The notes beneath the pieces are model-generated. The model did no database searches. It saw only the letters and a list, made by a program, of their open reading frames with translations, and was not told the origin of the DNA. A DNA stretch of 64,000 nucleotides from Bigelowiella natans CCMP2755 (Eukaryota; Protista; Cercozoa), in NCBI GenBank assembly GCA_000320545.1, contig ADNK01001091.1, forward strand, positions 14,322 to 78,321, read 5' to 3'. This document shows, piece after piece, positions 50,902 through 63,041 of this stretch (positions are counted from its first letter, which is position 1; each line of letters begins with the position of its first letter). The translations under genes were made by a program, and so were the position numbers.

Positions 50902-51573
50902 CTATGATTTAGACTTTTTACCCTCTCGTTCGGACTTAGTAGATCCTAATCTGCGAGAGGAGGACTTTCTTTGAGAAGGAGACTTTGATGTTCTTCTGGA
51001 GGGAGACTTTGATTTTCTTCGAGAGGGCGACTTGGACTTTCCTCTCGAAACTGTTTTAGGTTTCTGACTTCCTTTGGCCCGCATCTTCTTCATCATCGCC
51101 TCTCGCAACTTTGATTGCTTCTCAGCTAAAGACAATTTCTTTGGCTTCCACTTCGTGGCCTTTTCTACCAAGAGGTTGCGGGTCATACCTTTTTTCTTTT
51201 TTGCTCCCTTTTTATGAATCGCATCGTAAACTTTAACGTATGGGCAGGCCTCGCCAGGATAAAATGGAAACCCGTCGGTCGCCTTGGAGTGCACTAGCTC
51301 CTCGCCGACAATGATTTCGAACTGCCCCACTGTTCCAATCGCGTACGTGAATGAAATGTCCTTCGCCTCAAAGAACTCGTGGCAAAGGCTGTGAAGATCT
51401 GCGACCATAGGCCACGTGATACCTCAGCGGTCCTCCACCACAATGTGTACTTTTGCTTTGGCTTTCATCCGCTTCTTGAAGTATAGTATGTACGTCATTG
51501 AGTTCTCTGACGGCGGGGAGCCGCTGGGGAGCGTATTGCACTTGTCCGACTTACCTTCACCTTTATCCCCCAT
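50902..51573 (-). CDS. SelW/SelT/SelH (Rdx family) selenoprotein with Sec encoded by TGA at 51424-51426 and a basic C-terminal extension
   Basis: The frame is open from ATG 51573 through one TGA. It reads KVHIVVEDR-U-GITWPMVADL...GTVGQFEIIVGEELVHSKATDGFP, matching Rdx V.V.YCxxUG...G.FEV.V.G.LIHSK...GF. A SECIS lies ~135 nt downstream of the stop. Confidence 0.82.
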
Positions 51574-52707
51574 GCTTCTGTCTTCCTAGTTTCTCTTGAC
51601 GTTTCAGTGAATTCGACGACATGGAAACAAAGGCCAATTTAATCGCTGCGACAAGAAAATCTCAGAATTACCTAGCTAATTGCGTCACATGAGCTGGCAT
51701 CATTCATTCGCTCACGGGACGGATGAGCACGTCTGTTGATCCGCGCGGTGTGCAACTTGGCTCAACGTGCATTGCGCTTTTCAGCACGATGAGCGCTTAA
51801 GTTGAATGTGGGGAAATGCTCGTCGCTGCATTCAATTGTCCTTCACTGGGGCTTCGCGCCCTGCCAAGGTCGTCCTGTCCGCCCAAGTGTCATGGCGTGC
51901 GGGTGTGAAACAAAACCTCCTTCAACTTTTCCATGACTTGGTGGTCTTGTTGATTGAGGAGGACACGAACGAGTCAGCGTGTCTCGTGCGGCTTCCAACT
52001 GCTCCAATGGAAACGCTTCTTTCTTTCTTTCTTTCGAATCAATTCGAATGCAGCATTGGAACCACTGAACCACTTCACTCACTCTGTGCATCGTGCAGCC
52101 ATCTTGAACGCACACACAGCGCTCACTTTGTGCAGTTTCCATCATCGCTTCATTTCCTTTTCCACACTTGCTAACCACATCGAGCACTGCCCAGACTGTC
52201 ACCATCATGCAGCCATTTCCGCGATTTCACGGTTTCCACATGCTCGTTCCATTCCCCGTCAGATTTTCCTGCTTGTCATCACTGCTCAAATGCTGTCCCT
52301 GCTGCACGATGAACAGATCGTTTGTCGCGGTCGTCGACACATTGCCATGCGAAATGCCTATCGCGTGCATGTGGTCACATGTGCTTTGCAAATTGACACA
52401 CAACAGCAGATTGACGCATTGAGTTGAGGAGTACACACAGCATATAAGCACACGCGTTCATGCCCCGCCACATTACATGTGTAAATAACTGCAATCTTTG
52501 TGTCTATGCTTCGCCGAGACAAATGCGATCTATCACTTGATACATGCTATGCAATGTCAGATATATGAGAACGAGCCTAGCTACTAACTAGTGCATGAGG
52601 CTAAGCGCTAGCTAGTAGCATGTTCTTTGATGTTTAATCAGCATCGATCTTGGCGTCGAATGCTTGCTATCATCCAGGTGCTAAAGTCGGTTGTTCTATT
52701 GACTACC

Positions 52708-55393
52708 TTATACAGCAAGCAAGAAGCTTCTTAACTCTTCCACTTTGTCGAATATATGATCGAATGTTGCAGCTGCAGACAGCGTCTCCCTCGTATTTTC
52801 TCCCCAGGTGACACCTGCGATGTAATACACAGAAAGAAGCAACGGACGAGGCGGGTGATTTGTGATACGATGCACATTGTTCAAGCTTCGCCAAATTTAG
52901 GTACTGCTGAAATTTGACGAAAGCGTTGGGGACCAATCAAGCACCTCTTGTCGCACGAATACGAGTGAGGACTTAGGTGTTTTCCTTATACAAATTCGTG
53001 GGTGCGGACCGAAAATGTGTGTAGTGTATATTGTCATGCATATTAGTCGCACGACCCCACGATAACTTTCATATTTTCATTTTGTGACTTGTTTCGAGTG
53101 CGTTGAGTTCAAACCTATTGCGACCATTCCAGCTGCTTTTGCAGCCTGGCCATCTGACACTGAGTCTCCAATGTAAACAGTTCTTTTTTCCTAATATCAC
53201 CATTGGTAGAATGTTAATTACTCCCCCTTCTTATCCTCCTACCCCCAGCTGACCGCAGCATCTTTAATTCCATAATGCTCTCGTAGGATCTCCTCTAGTC
53301 CCAGCGGGGAGGGTTTAGCTCGCCTGTAATGAAGAGAGTTGACAGTGGAAGAGAGTTGGCGATGACGACAGCGACGAAGGTGAGATGAAGAAGAACAATA
53401 AGCGATCATGCAGCCAAATAGTTGGAATGTGAACGCCTTGCATTTCTATCCGCATAGACAACCAACAGAGAGATGTTGGCAGAGAGTGCTATGTTGCAGA
53501 AATATCGCTTTTGTGGTCATTGTCTTCGTTGTTGGTGTTGTTGGCACTCACTTGACGTCGTCAGCGCCAAGCCCAACCAGGAATGAAGCTGCGATGCTGT
53601 GGGCCTGACATGATCGTTTTGATTGATGGTGAAGAGCTTGTGGAGACCGTCGGTTGTTGCTACTACTGCTGATCTCTGAACTGAAAATCTCTGCAGGAGT
53701 TTTTATGCAACTTCTTTCTCTCTCTCTCTCTTTCTTTTTCTAACCTGGTTGACTCGCCTCACGTACTTTCCTGAAGCGTTCGACAAGACAGCCATACCTG
53801 TCATAGCAAAGGGGGAGCAAGGGGACACAAGGAAGGATGTCGATATCTACAATGATGATGATGATGATGACGACGACGACGACAACCACGATAATAATAT
53901 GCTGCTGAAGCTGAAAATAAAGCTGTTTTATGCAATTCTGATAGTATAGAAATGTTATGCAAAGGAAGAATATAAACCATCATTATGCATAAATAGGTCC
54001 CGAGCGGCAGCAGCATTTGTACCGATTCCAGCGGCCCTTATCTCCGTAAGGAGCTCCTTTATCTAAGTGGGAGTGGGCAAGGTGCAAGACAGTTTGCAAT
54101 ATCTACCGTTAGTTCTGTTTGAAGTGCAAATGTTTCATGTGTGTCCAAACCCCTGGGAAGGTTGGCACGTTCTCCGCCGTTACGAGTCGTATTATGCTCG
54201 AGTCGAATGCAGCTCCTAATTTTTGAATGTCGATGAGAATGTTAGCTTTTCGGAGCGCACAAACAATGCGCCTTCCTCGGTAGGGTATCTGTATTTCTAT
54301 CCTTCCTCCTTTCCCTCCTTCTCTCCGTTGTCATTCTGAACGCCTGACACCAGCTTCGCGCCGCTTCCCGCGCTATTTATGATAAGCTACCCATTTTCTC
54401 GGCCAAATCGTCGTCATCGATCCCTGCATGCCAGGCAAGCCGAACTAAAGACATTGTGAATGAGGAGAGGGATTAGAGAATGGGGAGTGCGAGGAAGAGA
54501 TCCGGATGCTAGATGTATTAGGGAACGTTTCAGTGCCGCTTACAGAATACCAGGCGTGGTGTACTTCGTGCCCTGACCGTACTCATGCTTCGTGATAGAA
54601 TTGTACCCAAATTCCTGTAATAAAATAAGTTATCGATCGTTGCAAGGGACGTCATTTAGAGGCTTCTTTACCCGTCCGACCTATCTCTTTCCGTCTCCCC
54701 CCCCGCCCCCCCCTTCTCTCTGTAGGAAAAACTACTGGCCATGATCAGCTTTTATCAAAACCTCTAAGACAGTATTTGTTGCTTCGTGGGCCAGATTGGT
54801 CGAGGAAACCAACGTTCCGTCCATGTCAAATATTATCGCGTCGAACAGCTCTGAGCGATCAACACACATTCATCACACTATTCGATTCATTTCCTAAGAC
54901 CATAAGAAATATACAGAAATATGCATACTTATAGATATAGAAAAGATATTAAATCTGTTACAAAGCACATTGTCTATAAAATATGAGGCTAAATTCCTAG
55001 GGTACCGCCATTGTCCTTGTCAACTTTCTCGAGCTTTGAACTCCCAGCGCTCACAACCTGAGAACCTCTCTTGGCCTCTGCACATGCTACTGAGACGCTC
55101 AACTTTTGTGGGGAATGATGTTGCGCTATTTTTGTCCGTAGACCATTCTTTCTCGAAAGCAGCCCTGTCCCCCTCGCATTTCCCTTGATCTGGCCGGATG
55201 AGCTCAACCCTCCTCTTCGAGAGAGGTAGGACATACTACGGGCAACCGCAATGCATACCGCAAGCGAAGCTGTCAACATCATTCAAAAAGGCGAACAATC
55301 TCATCTAACGATTGATCGTTTGTTTTATAAAAGTATGCCCAGACCAGCGATGGTGATGAGAAGGTTCCCCGTCTGTGTCGACGTCGACGCCAT
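52708..55393 (-). CDS. HAD-IA phosphatase (phosphoglycolate phosphatase-like), probably plastid-targeted
   Basis: Leader MASTSTQTGNLLITIA|ASLAVCIAVARS followed by an S/R-rich transit region. Motif I AIIFDMDGTLVSS; LGADDV..AKPSP; YIGDSVSDGQAAKAAGM; GVTWG...FDHIFDKVEEL. Confidence 0.88.
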
Positions 55394-55988
55394 GCTGCCT
55401 GCTGTCCTGTGGTGCTCAAAATAGACTTTTTTTAGTTCGAAATTAATCCGGCATAGATCCATGTTAGACCATTGATAACGACGTCGGGATCCTGCGGAGT
55501 CTGCAACAGAATATTCTAGAGCCAGGTGGCATAATTTGATCGATACAACTACCAAATTTCCCTCAAAAAAACGCATTTGGCCGGATGTAGGCCAAATAGA
55601 AAGAAACCGAATGTGTTTCTGTAGAGCGACAAGGAAATATGTCGATTCTAGTAAACTAGCCATTCTCTAGCCATTTTTATACTGTAGCAGCGGTCCGATC
55701 CCCTTGTCATCACATTCACACTGGCCTAAAAATCAGCCCCTGCCTCCCTTCAACGACCTCTAGCATCAAAAAGTGAGGTCTCTTAGGAAATTGAAAGACT
55801 TGTCTTTTCGCTAATCAAAAAAGCTGGGTAATAAGGGGTATGATGACGGGGATGGTCAAACCGATTAGATTTATCTTCCTTGCCATTCATATCTTCGGAG
55901 AATGCACCACCCTCTAAGAATGGTTGGTGTCTCGAGCGCAGTGAGCTGAGACTCTGTGGTTTGTTTATTCGATAGTACGGGCTATTTC

Positions 55989-56802
55989 ATGCAAAAGGAA
56001 TCATCTGATCGGAAGGAGAAGCCAAAGATTGCCCTCCCTTCCGGAGACGCTTACGCCGTTCTAGTAGTTGGAGGCACATCGAGCGAGGTGCACAGCTACC
56101 CCGCCCCTACCTAGCCACACACATACCAGGAAGACATACTATTGCACTTGCATTTGCCATCGAGAGGATAGCATCGTGGTCGCAAAATAAATGACAATGG
56201 TGACCAAAAGAACATTGCATTGGAATTAGGTGTTTCCAACCCCAAAGCGGCCATGGAGAGACCTCGGTCAGCAAGCTTCCTTCCTTGTCAACATGGGAAG
56301 AGTTTATCAAGCTTTAGCTAAGTGTATGAGCGAGGTAATTACACGCACAAACGCACGAACATGAAAGGAGAAGGGGATCGTTCCTCTCTTAAGTGCTGAT
56401 TGATGCCAACAAAACAAAATCACGGTCTACACTTGCCAAAGACCCGCCATTACACATCGTTGGTTGCGTACATGGTGTGTGTTACATGGAGACAGGATCA
56501 CATCATATGCATCGCGCTCCTGCAAGAAACACTCTCGTGGCTGGAGGAGTGTGTGAAAGTTGGTCACCCCCCCTGCCCCGAAGACAAGACGGAGGAATGC
56601 CGTGAGTGGATGACGATTTAAAAATGTGGGGAGGGGGGATGGAATAGCAGAGATCAGGGAAAATTTTTGATTTGGATCATTTCTAAGGATATGTCCGACG
56701 TGCTCTTTCTTTTCTCCCCACCCCCTTAGGGAAGTACTACCGAATCGGGACAAAGGAGCGCCTGGAGTGGAAGCGCCAACAGTATAAGGGTAGATGTTTG
56801 CT

Positions 56803-56838
<36 letters not shown>

Positions 56839-57660
56839 CTTAGAGTGGCAGCAGCAGTATATTAATGTTTAGAAAACCCAAAACGCACGTACCAGTAGCG
56901 AATGGCGAAGTCATTGCTGTGATTTGCATTCTGTGGTGGAAACGTAGGAGGAGAGGGGGAGTGAGTGAGTGGTGTGAAATTGGTGATTCTCACCCTCCTC
57001 AATCCCACCCATCCCTCCATTCTATTCTACCTACAGACATGCTGTCGAACGTGAAAGAGGCGTGTAAGCCTATTCTGCAAAGGAATGGTGGATGCGCACA
57101 TTATGACGGCAAGCAGGTAGAAGTAGTAGGAGTAGTAGTAGTAGTAGTAGTAGGGGTAGGAGTAGTAATAGTAGAAGAAGAAAAGGGACTACAATGACAA
57201 CAACAACAACAATAAAATTGTGGTACCTGTAGCGTGGGTGCCCATGATGGTACCAACGGCGACGTCAACAATGACATAAGGAGTGGTTATTAGGTCACGC
57301 CCGAGACTATCATCAACGTGATGACGGGAGTAGCTCCGGAAGGAGCTTCCTCCCCAAAAACATTAGAAGAAAGCGGATCCAAGCAGGCACCTCCCGTTGT
57401 TCCGCAAAAGGGTGTGAAAAGCGTATTTCTATGGACAAACACCCACGGTGGGCATCATGCGGTGTCCGTGGGTGTGGAGGAGCGGAAAAAGGAGGGGGAG
57501 GGGCAAGGAGAGATGAAACCGAAGGCAATCGACCCAGGAGAGCTCATCTGCGACGTGTGCGGCAAAGCTCATCTCCCGGACACTCAGTTGAAGAGGGAGA
57601 TGTCTCACGACCACTCCTCGCTGAAGACAAGAGAGTGGTGAGTGTTGCGGGGTTATATGC

Positions 57661-57700
<40 letters not shown>

Positions 57701-58612
57701 GATATACTTTGTACCTGTAGAGCAATCCCCCATTCCTCCTGCAGGAAAGACAATCACTTACGCAGCCAATACAAAAACATAATAAGGTTTATGCTTATGC
57801 CGTATCGCACGCCAAACACGGCGCTCTACGACTGCATATCGACTGCGGGGCACGTGATGGACTACAAGGCACCCAATCACCTATCCTCTCCGCTGCAGCG
57901 CTTCTACTGGCAGCATATCTTCTCCGTCATGCACAAGTCGCAGAAGATGGAGCCTGGCCGTGCCATTATCTGCCTCTACCAGTTCTGCACCGCTGGCGGC
58001 CATCTCAAGTGGATGGAAAATTCTGCGATGGAGACATTTCACAGGACGCAATGTTGGCCGGTAGTGTCAAGCTTCCAGAGTGTCTATTGTCATTTTTGGG
58101 GGGGGGGGGGAGAGTCACGGATTTCCTGGATTAGGCGCACAAACATACATATAGCGTATTGAACAAAGTATTGAACAAATGGTCGCCCAATTCTGCAATT
58201 CTTTATTTTCGCGCTTTTAAATAAAAAATAGGTGTTCATGATGGCCACGGCCCGCGAGCAACAATACTCTCTCGGCTTCTCCTTCACTAACATCTTCCTC
58301 GACCGTCTGGTAAATGAGCTAAAAGAAGACGACAACAACGACAGCAGCAGCAGCAGCAGCAGAAAAACAAGCACGACTCTAAAGCAGCTCTATACCATGT
58401 CGGTTGAGGAGTACTGGAAGACGCACAAAGTGGAGGCTACGCACAACAAGCGCGCAGCATCCCCCAGCTTCAAATATGGCGAGATTGAGTTCGTTTGCGG
58501 GAAGGAAAGCGGTGTCCTCGACATTTCCGTGGAGAGGTTATTCCTCAATAAAAAGAAACCACCACCACAACAGGAAGATAGTGAGCCTAAGAAGGCCACA
58601 GCAACGACGTAA
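55989..58612 (+). CDS. Divergent clan CD cysteine protease, peptidase C13 (legumain/GPI8)-like
   Basis: YAVLVVGG, RVYQAL...DHIICI, HYDGKQ|VTPETIINVMTG, SVFLWTNTHGG (catalytic His), IICLYQFCTAGG (catalytic Cys) and VFMMATA are collinear with legumain WAVLVAGS / DYTGEDVTP / VFIYFTDHG / FYIEACESG / VYATTA. Confidence 0.72.
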
Positions 58613-59259
58613 CGCCGACTACAATAAAAAGTATGATGACAACTACGGCCGTGACGAGATATACGATATACATGCTGCCGCCCCACCACGTACCGCTGCT
58701 CAACATCAGCCAAATTTTGTTTGTATTTAATTTCTCGCTCTTTTCTGTCACCATTGAGAGAATGAATGTGTTTAGATGCTGCATATACTAGTCAGTGAAA
58801 TGCATAGTATGTACAAATCTTATCATGCAATTAAGCATTTATTGTGCCATCTGGAGAAATATTCTTTGTTGCACATCAAATATCGCGCGCTGATTTTCAA
58901 AGCTTGTCGTCGTGTGTATGTAGCAATATACAATGTCTGTACAGGAATCCAATATGATATAAATATTGATCATCCAAGACTAGCGCACCTAGATATAGCT
59001 CTAGAGCTAGCTAGCTAGGCACATCTAGACATGCATGGCATGCATGCAAGCACGTTGCTCATGTCATGCACACCGACATCCTCCTTGCACATCCATGAGG
59101 GATCGTTCGCAGTCATTTGACGTCTAATTGCACAATGCAAAAGAACCTACCGAGGCATGCATGTGGCTTTGCAGCATTGGCTACTAATTTTGCCTTTATC
59201 TGACATTTGCGAAAAATGGCACTCCGTGAAATCTCTTTGCTTGCGGAAGGCCTCTTTAT

Positions 59260-60493
59260 TCATCCATCTTCGCCAGTAGAAGCACCGTCACTAACCTCAA
59301 TGTGCATTGCCCTGTGGACCGGCGCATAACTTCGTCTATGCACTGGGCTTGGACCACTAACCTTTAGCTTCTCCAGGTGCTGTCAGTATTGTCATCGCAC
59401 TCACTCAGTCACTGCCTCACTTCATGAAAGACATGCACGTATTTGTGAGCGTGAAAACTTGAAATTAAGACCAGTCAATTGAATGACAAAGTACGTAAAA
59501 TAACGGAAATTTTCTTCCTTCTACCATCGCTTCATTCCTCTTATTGTTAGGAAATGATTCTCTATTTTGTGAGGAAGTGTCTCGGGCGGGAGGGACTTTA
59601 TACCATCAGATTTGATGATTCAAAATTGAAATAATTTATTTACGAACACGATCGGAAGACAAACGATCGAATCGTTGTTTTGGGGAAAATAGAATGTGAA
59701 TTTTCACGTGGATTTCACTCTCGAAGAGTTTCTCAAGAACAATTCGTGTTTGCGCGTCGTCGATCACCTTCTTGGTCGGGTATCCTTTGTGTGCCCTAAA
59801 CCCGTACCTGCAAGTATCGCCCATCATCAATCACCACAGAAACTCTACATCTTAATGTGTGCGTGGAATAATATGTAATTTGATATTGCACCGTTTCCCA
59901 ATGTGGATGGGTGTTTTCTACTGGTAAAGGATTGCAGTTGTCTGAAATGACAGCACTAAGACCGACATATGTTCCTATTCGCACTTATAGATGCTACTCT
60001 CGCGGTACGTTATCAGTTACGTGGGATATTGTCGGTCAAGCTCCAACATTATGCGGTCTCTCACCACCTGAGGGCATATCAATGATGGGCGGCAGCAATA
60101 ATAAGAAATACCACATTATTTAAGTCCCACTCATGTTTGGCGAGATGTTGTTTCTGTGCATGTAAATGTACGTGCGAAGGGGCAAAGTGTCCATCTGCCA
60201 CCAAAAAACAACTACATAGGATAGATCATTTTGCCAAGGATATCATACAAGTTTGCGGGAAGAGAAGGGACATGTAAAGAAAAGAAGGGAAGGAGGGATA
60301 GTAGAAGAGAGGGGAAGTGAAACCATGGCAACTATAGAAGGGAAGGAGGGATAGTAAAAGAGAGGGGAAGTAAAACCTTGGCAACTATAGACGCTGCAGC
60401 TATCGCAATGCACGTTGAGTCACCTAAGAGAGAGTAGTGAAAAAGGAGCACGAAATATTTTCCTTACAAGCCCATATATTCATGAAAAATGTA

Positions 60494-60536
<43 letters not shown>

Positions 60537-60616
60537 ATGTGAAATAATACAATATAGTTAATAGCGAAAGAGAACAGAAAAAAAACCGCTCACTCTCATG
60601 CTCTCTGTAGCAAAAG

Positions 60617-60664
<48 letters not shown>

Positions 60665-61058
60665 AGGATGTCCTTCCAATTCCCTGTTGCTACGGCTACA
60701 TCGTCTGTGCACGTATCTGCAGCATCCTACTCTTCGATAACGATGATGGCGATGACGATGATGATGATGATGATGATGATGATGATAACAATCACAATAC
60801 TACACTGACCTTTAACGATGGGTTCTGACTGAAAAGGCACGTTGTCTGAGGAAGGCCCATCGCTGGCCTCCCCACTGCTTCGGGTCTCCTTGGCTTTTGC
60901 AATCATCTTCGCCGTCGCCGTCTTGCTTGTGGTCCATACTTCGGGTACCATATTTCCATCCACCAGAACATAATCGGGAGTGCAGTCCAGTCTTGATACT
61001 GCTTGATCCATGGCCTCAAAGGTAGCCTTACTCGAAGAAGAAAAACCCGATGTAGCAA

Positions 61059-61109
<51 letters not shown>

Positions 61110-62000
61110 GCACATTAAACACTCAGTACTCCCCCGTTATCTCCTACTTGGTGTTGCTGTTATAGAGTATCACCATGCGCCATTATTATTGCTGCTGCTG
61201 CTTCTATCGCTAGTACCACGGTACCTACCTGAAGAATATTAATCTCGTCGATTCGGTCGTGAGGAATGACCGCCCAGGAGCACACTATCTATTCATTGTT
61301 GTGTTGTTGTGATGGTTATGTGCTGTTGATCAACTTCGGATAAACGAAGGAAAGAGGAGAGACCACCACGGTTAGATCTTTTTATCACGAATTCACCCGT
61401 TCTATTGATAAGGAAACAGCAACCTGCGGATGACTTGTAAGCTCCTCGAAAATCTCCTCGCGCTTCTTCTCACTCAACTTCTTGCTGACCACGTTTTATA
61501 CAAACGATTTTTCATCAGATAAGGGGCATGCAGCTTACCGTGTAATAATATGCAACCACAATCATCGCTACCATCCATCGCAGCAGCAGACAAATGAAGG
61601 ACAGTATCAACCAGACAGCTGACCTGTCTTTGAGAATGATGCCTTTCTCTTTCTCCAAATTGACGTGTAGTGGGATGTGACAAGCTGCAGCAACTACAGG
61701 CCCTGCAATAGGTCCACGACCTGCCTACATTTTTAGTACCAGTAGCAGCAGCAGCAGCAATGTAGCAGCAACAAGGATAAGTCTAGCTTGTCGTCATTAT
61801 CATTCGTTTATAAGTAAGTTGGCACCTCGTCGACACCGATGATACAAGTAAACCCTCTTTGAGAAACCTCGATTTCTGCGAGTAGTGTGTTGTCAAAATT
61901 TGGGGAAGTCCGTTACGAGGGAGATGCCAAGAGGGATGGGATAGGAAGTATAAGGAAGGAAGAAGAAGAAGAAGAAGAAGAAACACACTTCCACTCTGCG

Positions 62001-62036
<36 letters not shown>

Positions 62037-62059
62037 CGCAAGCGTTTGCGCGTGCGTGC

Positions 62060-62120
<61 letters not shown>

Positions 62121-62510
62121 CACGCGCGCAAACATTTGATTTTACATATTACAGTTATCAGCACACATGTCCGTGGAGCATAACTTTGAAATAGGTATCT
62201 ATTTACCCTTTTCTCTCCCAGGCTTTGCTGATGCCGCAGATTTACCCTGTCCCCCCTTCAACTTGCTCGCATATGTGGCTAATTGAGTATTAAAGATTCT
62301 TGACCCTCGCCCCCCCTCCTTAAAGCTACTCTTTGTACATTGGAGGGGGGAAGTAGATATCCGGAGGCGCTTGCAGCACCTGAGGCTAAGGGGACCCTGC
62401 CGGGATTGCGTCGAGATCGCGAGACGTTGGAATATGTTAGCGTGTGTTATGAATGAGCGCATGAGGGTGGTTGCGATGACGAAGCTGCTCGCCAAGCCTC
62501 TCTTCCACAT
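59260..62510 (-). CDS. Ribonuclease HII, bacterial (RnhB)-type, with organellar targeting leader
   Basis: IIGVDE|AGRGPIAGPVVAAA, LKDS|KKLSEKKRE, IDEINILQ|AT, VLVDGN, IVKG|DSTCIAIAAASIVAK|VVRDR, YGFRAHKGYPT and GPSPVHRRSYAPV. Confidence 0.92.
60283..60391. repeat. 53-bp tandem duplication spanning an RNase HII exon end and 5' splice site
   Basis: agaagggaaggagggatagtaRaagagaggggaagtRaaaccWtggcaactat occurs twice in tandem (60283-60335 and 60336-60388). Confidence 0.85.
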
Positions 62511-62531
62511 GTGTCTGGACCTCTGTTGTGC

Positions 62532-62577
<46 letters not shown>

Positions 62578-62864
62578 GGCTTTGGTCTCTCTTTCCAATT
62601 GAATGCTAGGGAAGAGAAACTTCTCGCCCATGCGCTGCTGTGTTTGTGCTTGCTCTCCTCCTCCTCGTATGTATTCTAATGTCTGCCCCGTTCCCAGTTC
62701 CATTCGCTTGTTGCTTGTGTTGTTCCGAAGGGAGGGCAAACAAAACAAAACGCTTGGAATTTTTCCACATTCGAAGTAAATTTTGATGTCGTAATACCAG
62801 AATACCAACATTTTCGCTCCGAGGAAGAAGTCGCGGGAGCAGCGTTTGGCCGATGATATCACTT

Positions 62865-62900
62865 ATCTCGGAAATCTCGGAAGTCTCGGAAATATCGGAA
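62865..62900. repeat. Four 9-bp tandem copies (RTMTCGGAA) in a divergent promoter
   Basis: atctcggaa atctcggaa gtctcggaa atatcggaa. Confidence 0.7.
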
Positions 62901-63041
62901 ATAGAAAAAAATGAAAGGGATTTATTCCATGCGACAACATTTTCCCTGAACCGCTTAGCTCAAACTAGGCGTCGTACGGTTTCGGTGCTCCGACGCGCCA
63001 GATTTCACGCACGCACGCACGAACACAAGCACGCACGTCTC

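Noticed and set aside
51800-52450. Overlapping Cys/His-rich ORFs on both strands
   Set aside because: The composition reflects TG/CA-rich decayed sequence, with no domain motif. A pseudogene or old transposon is possible but unsupported.
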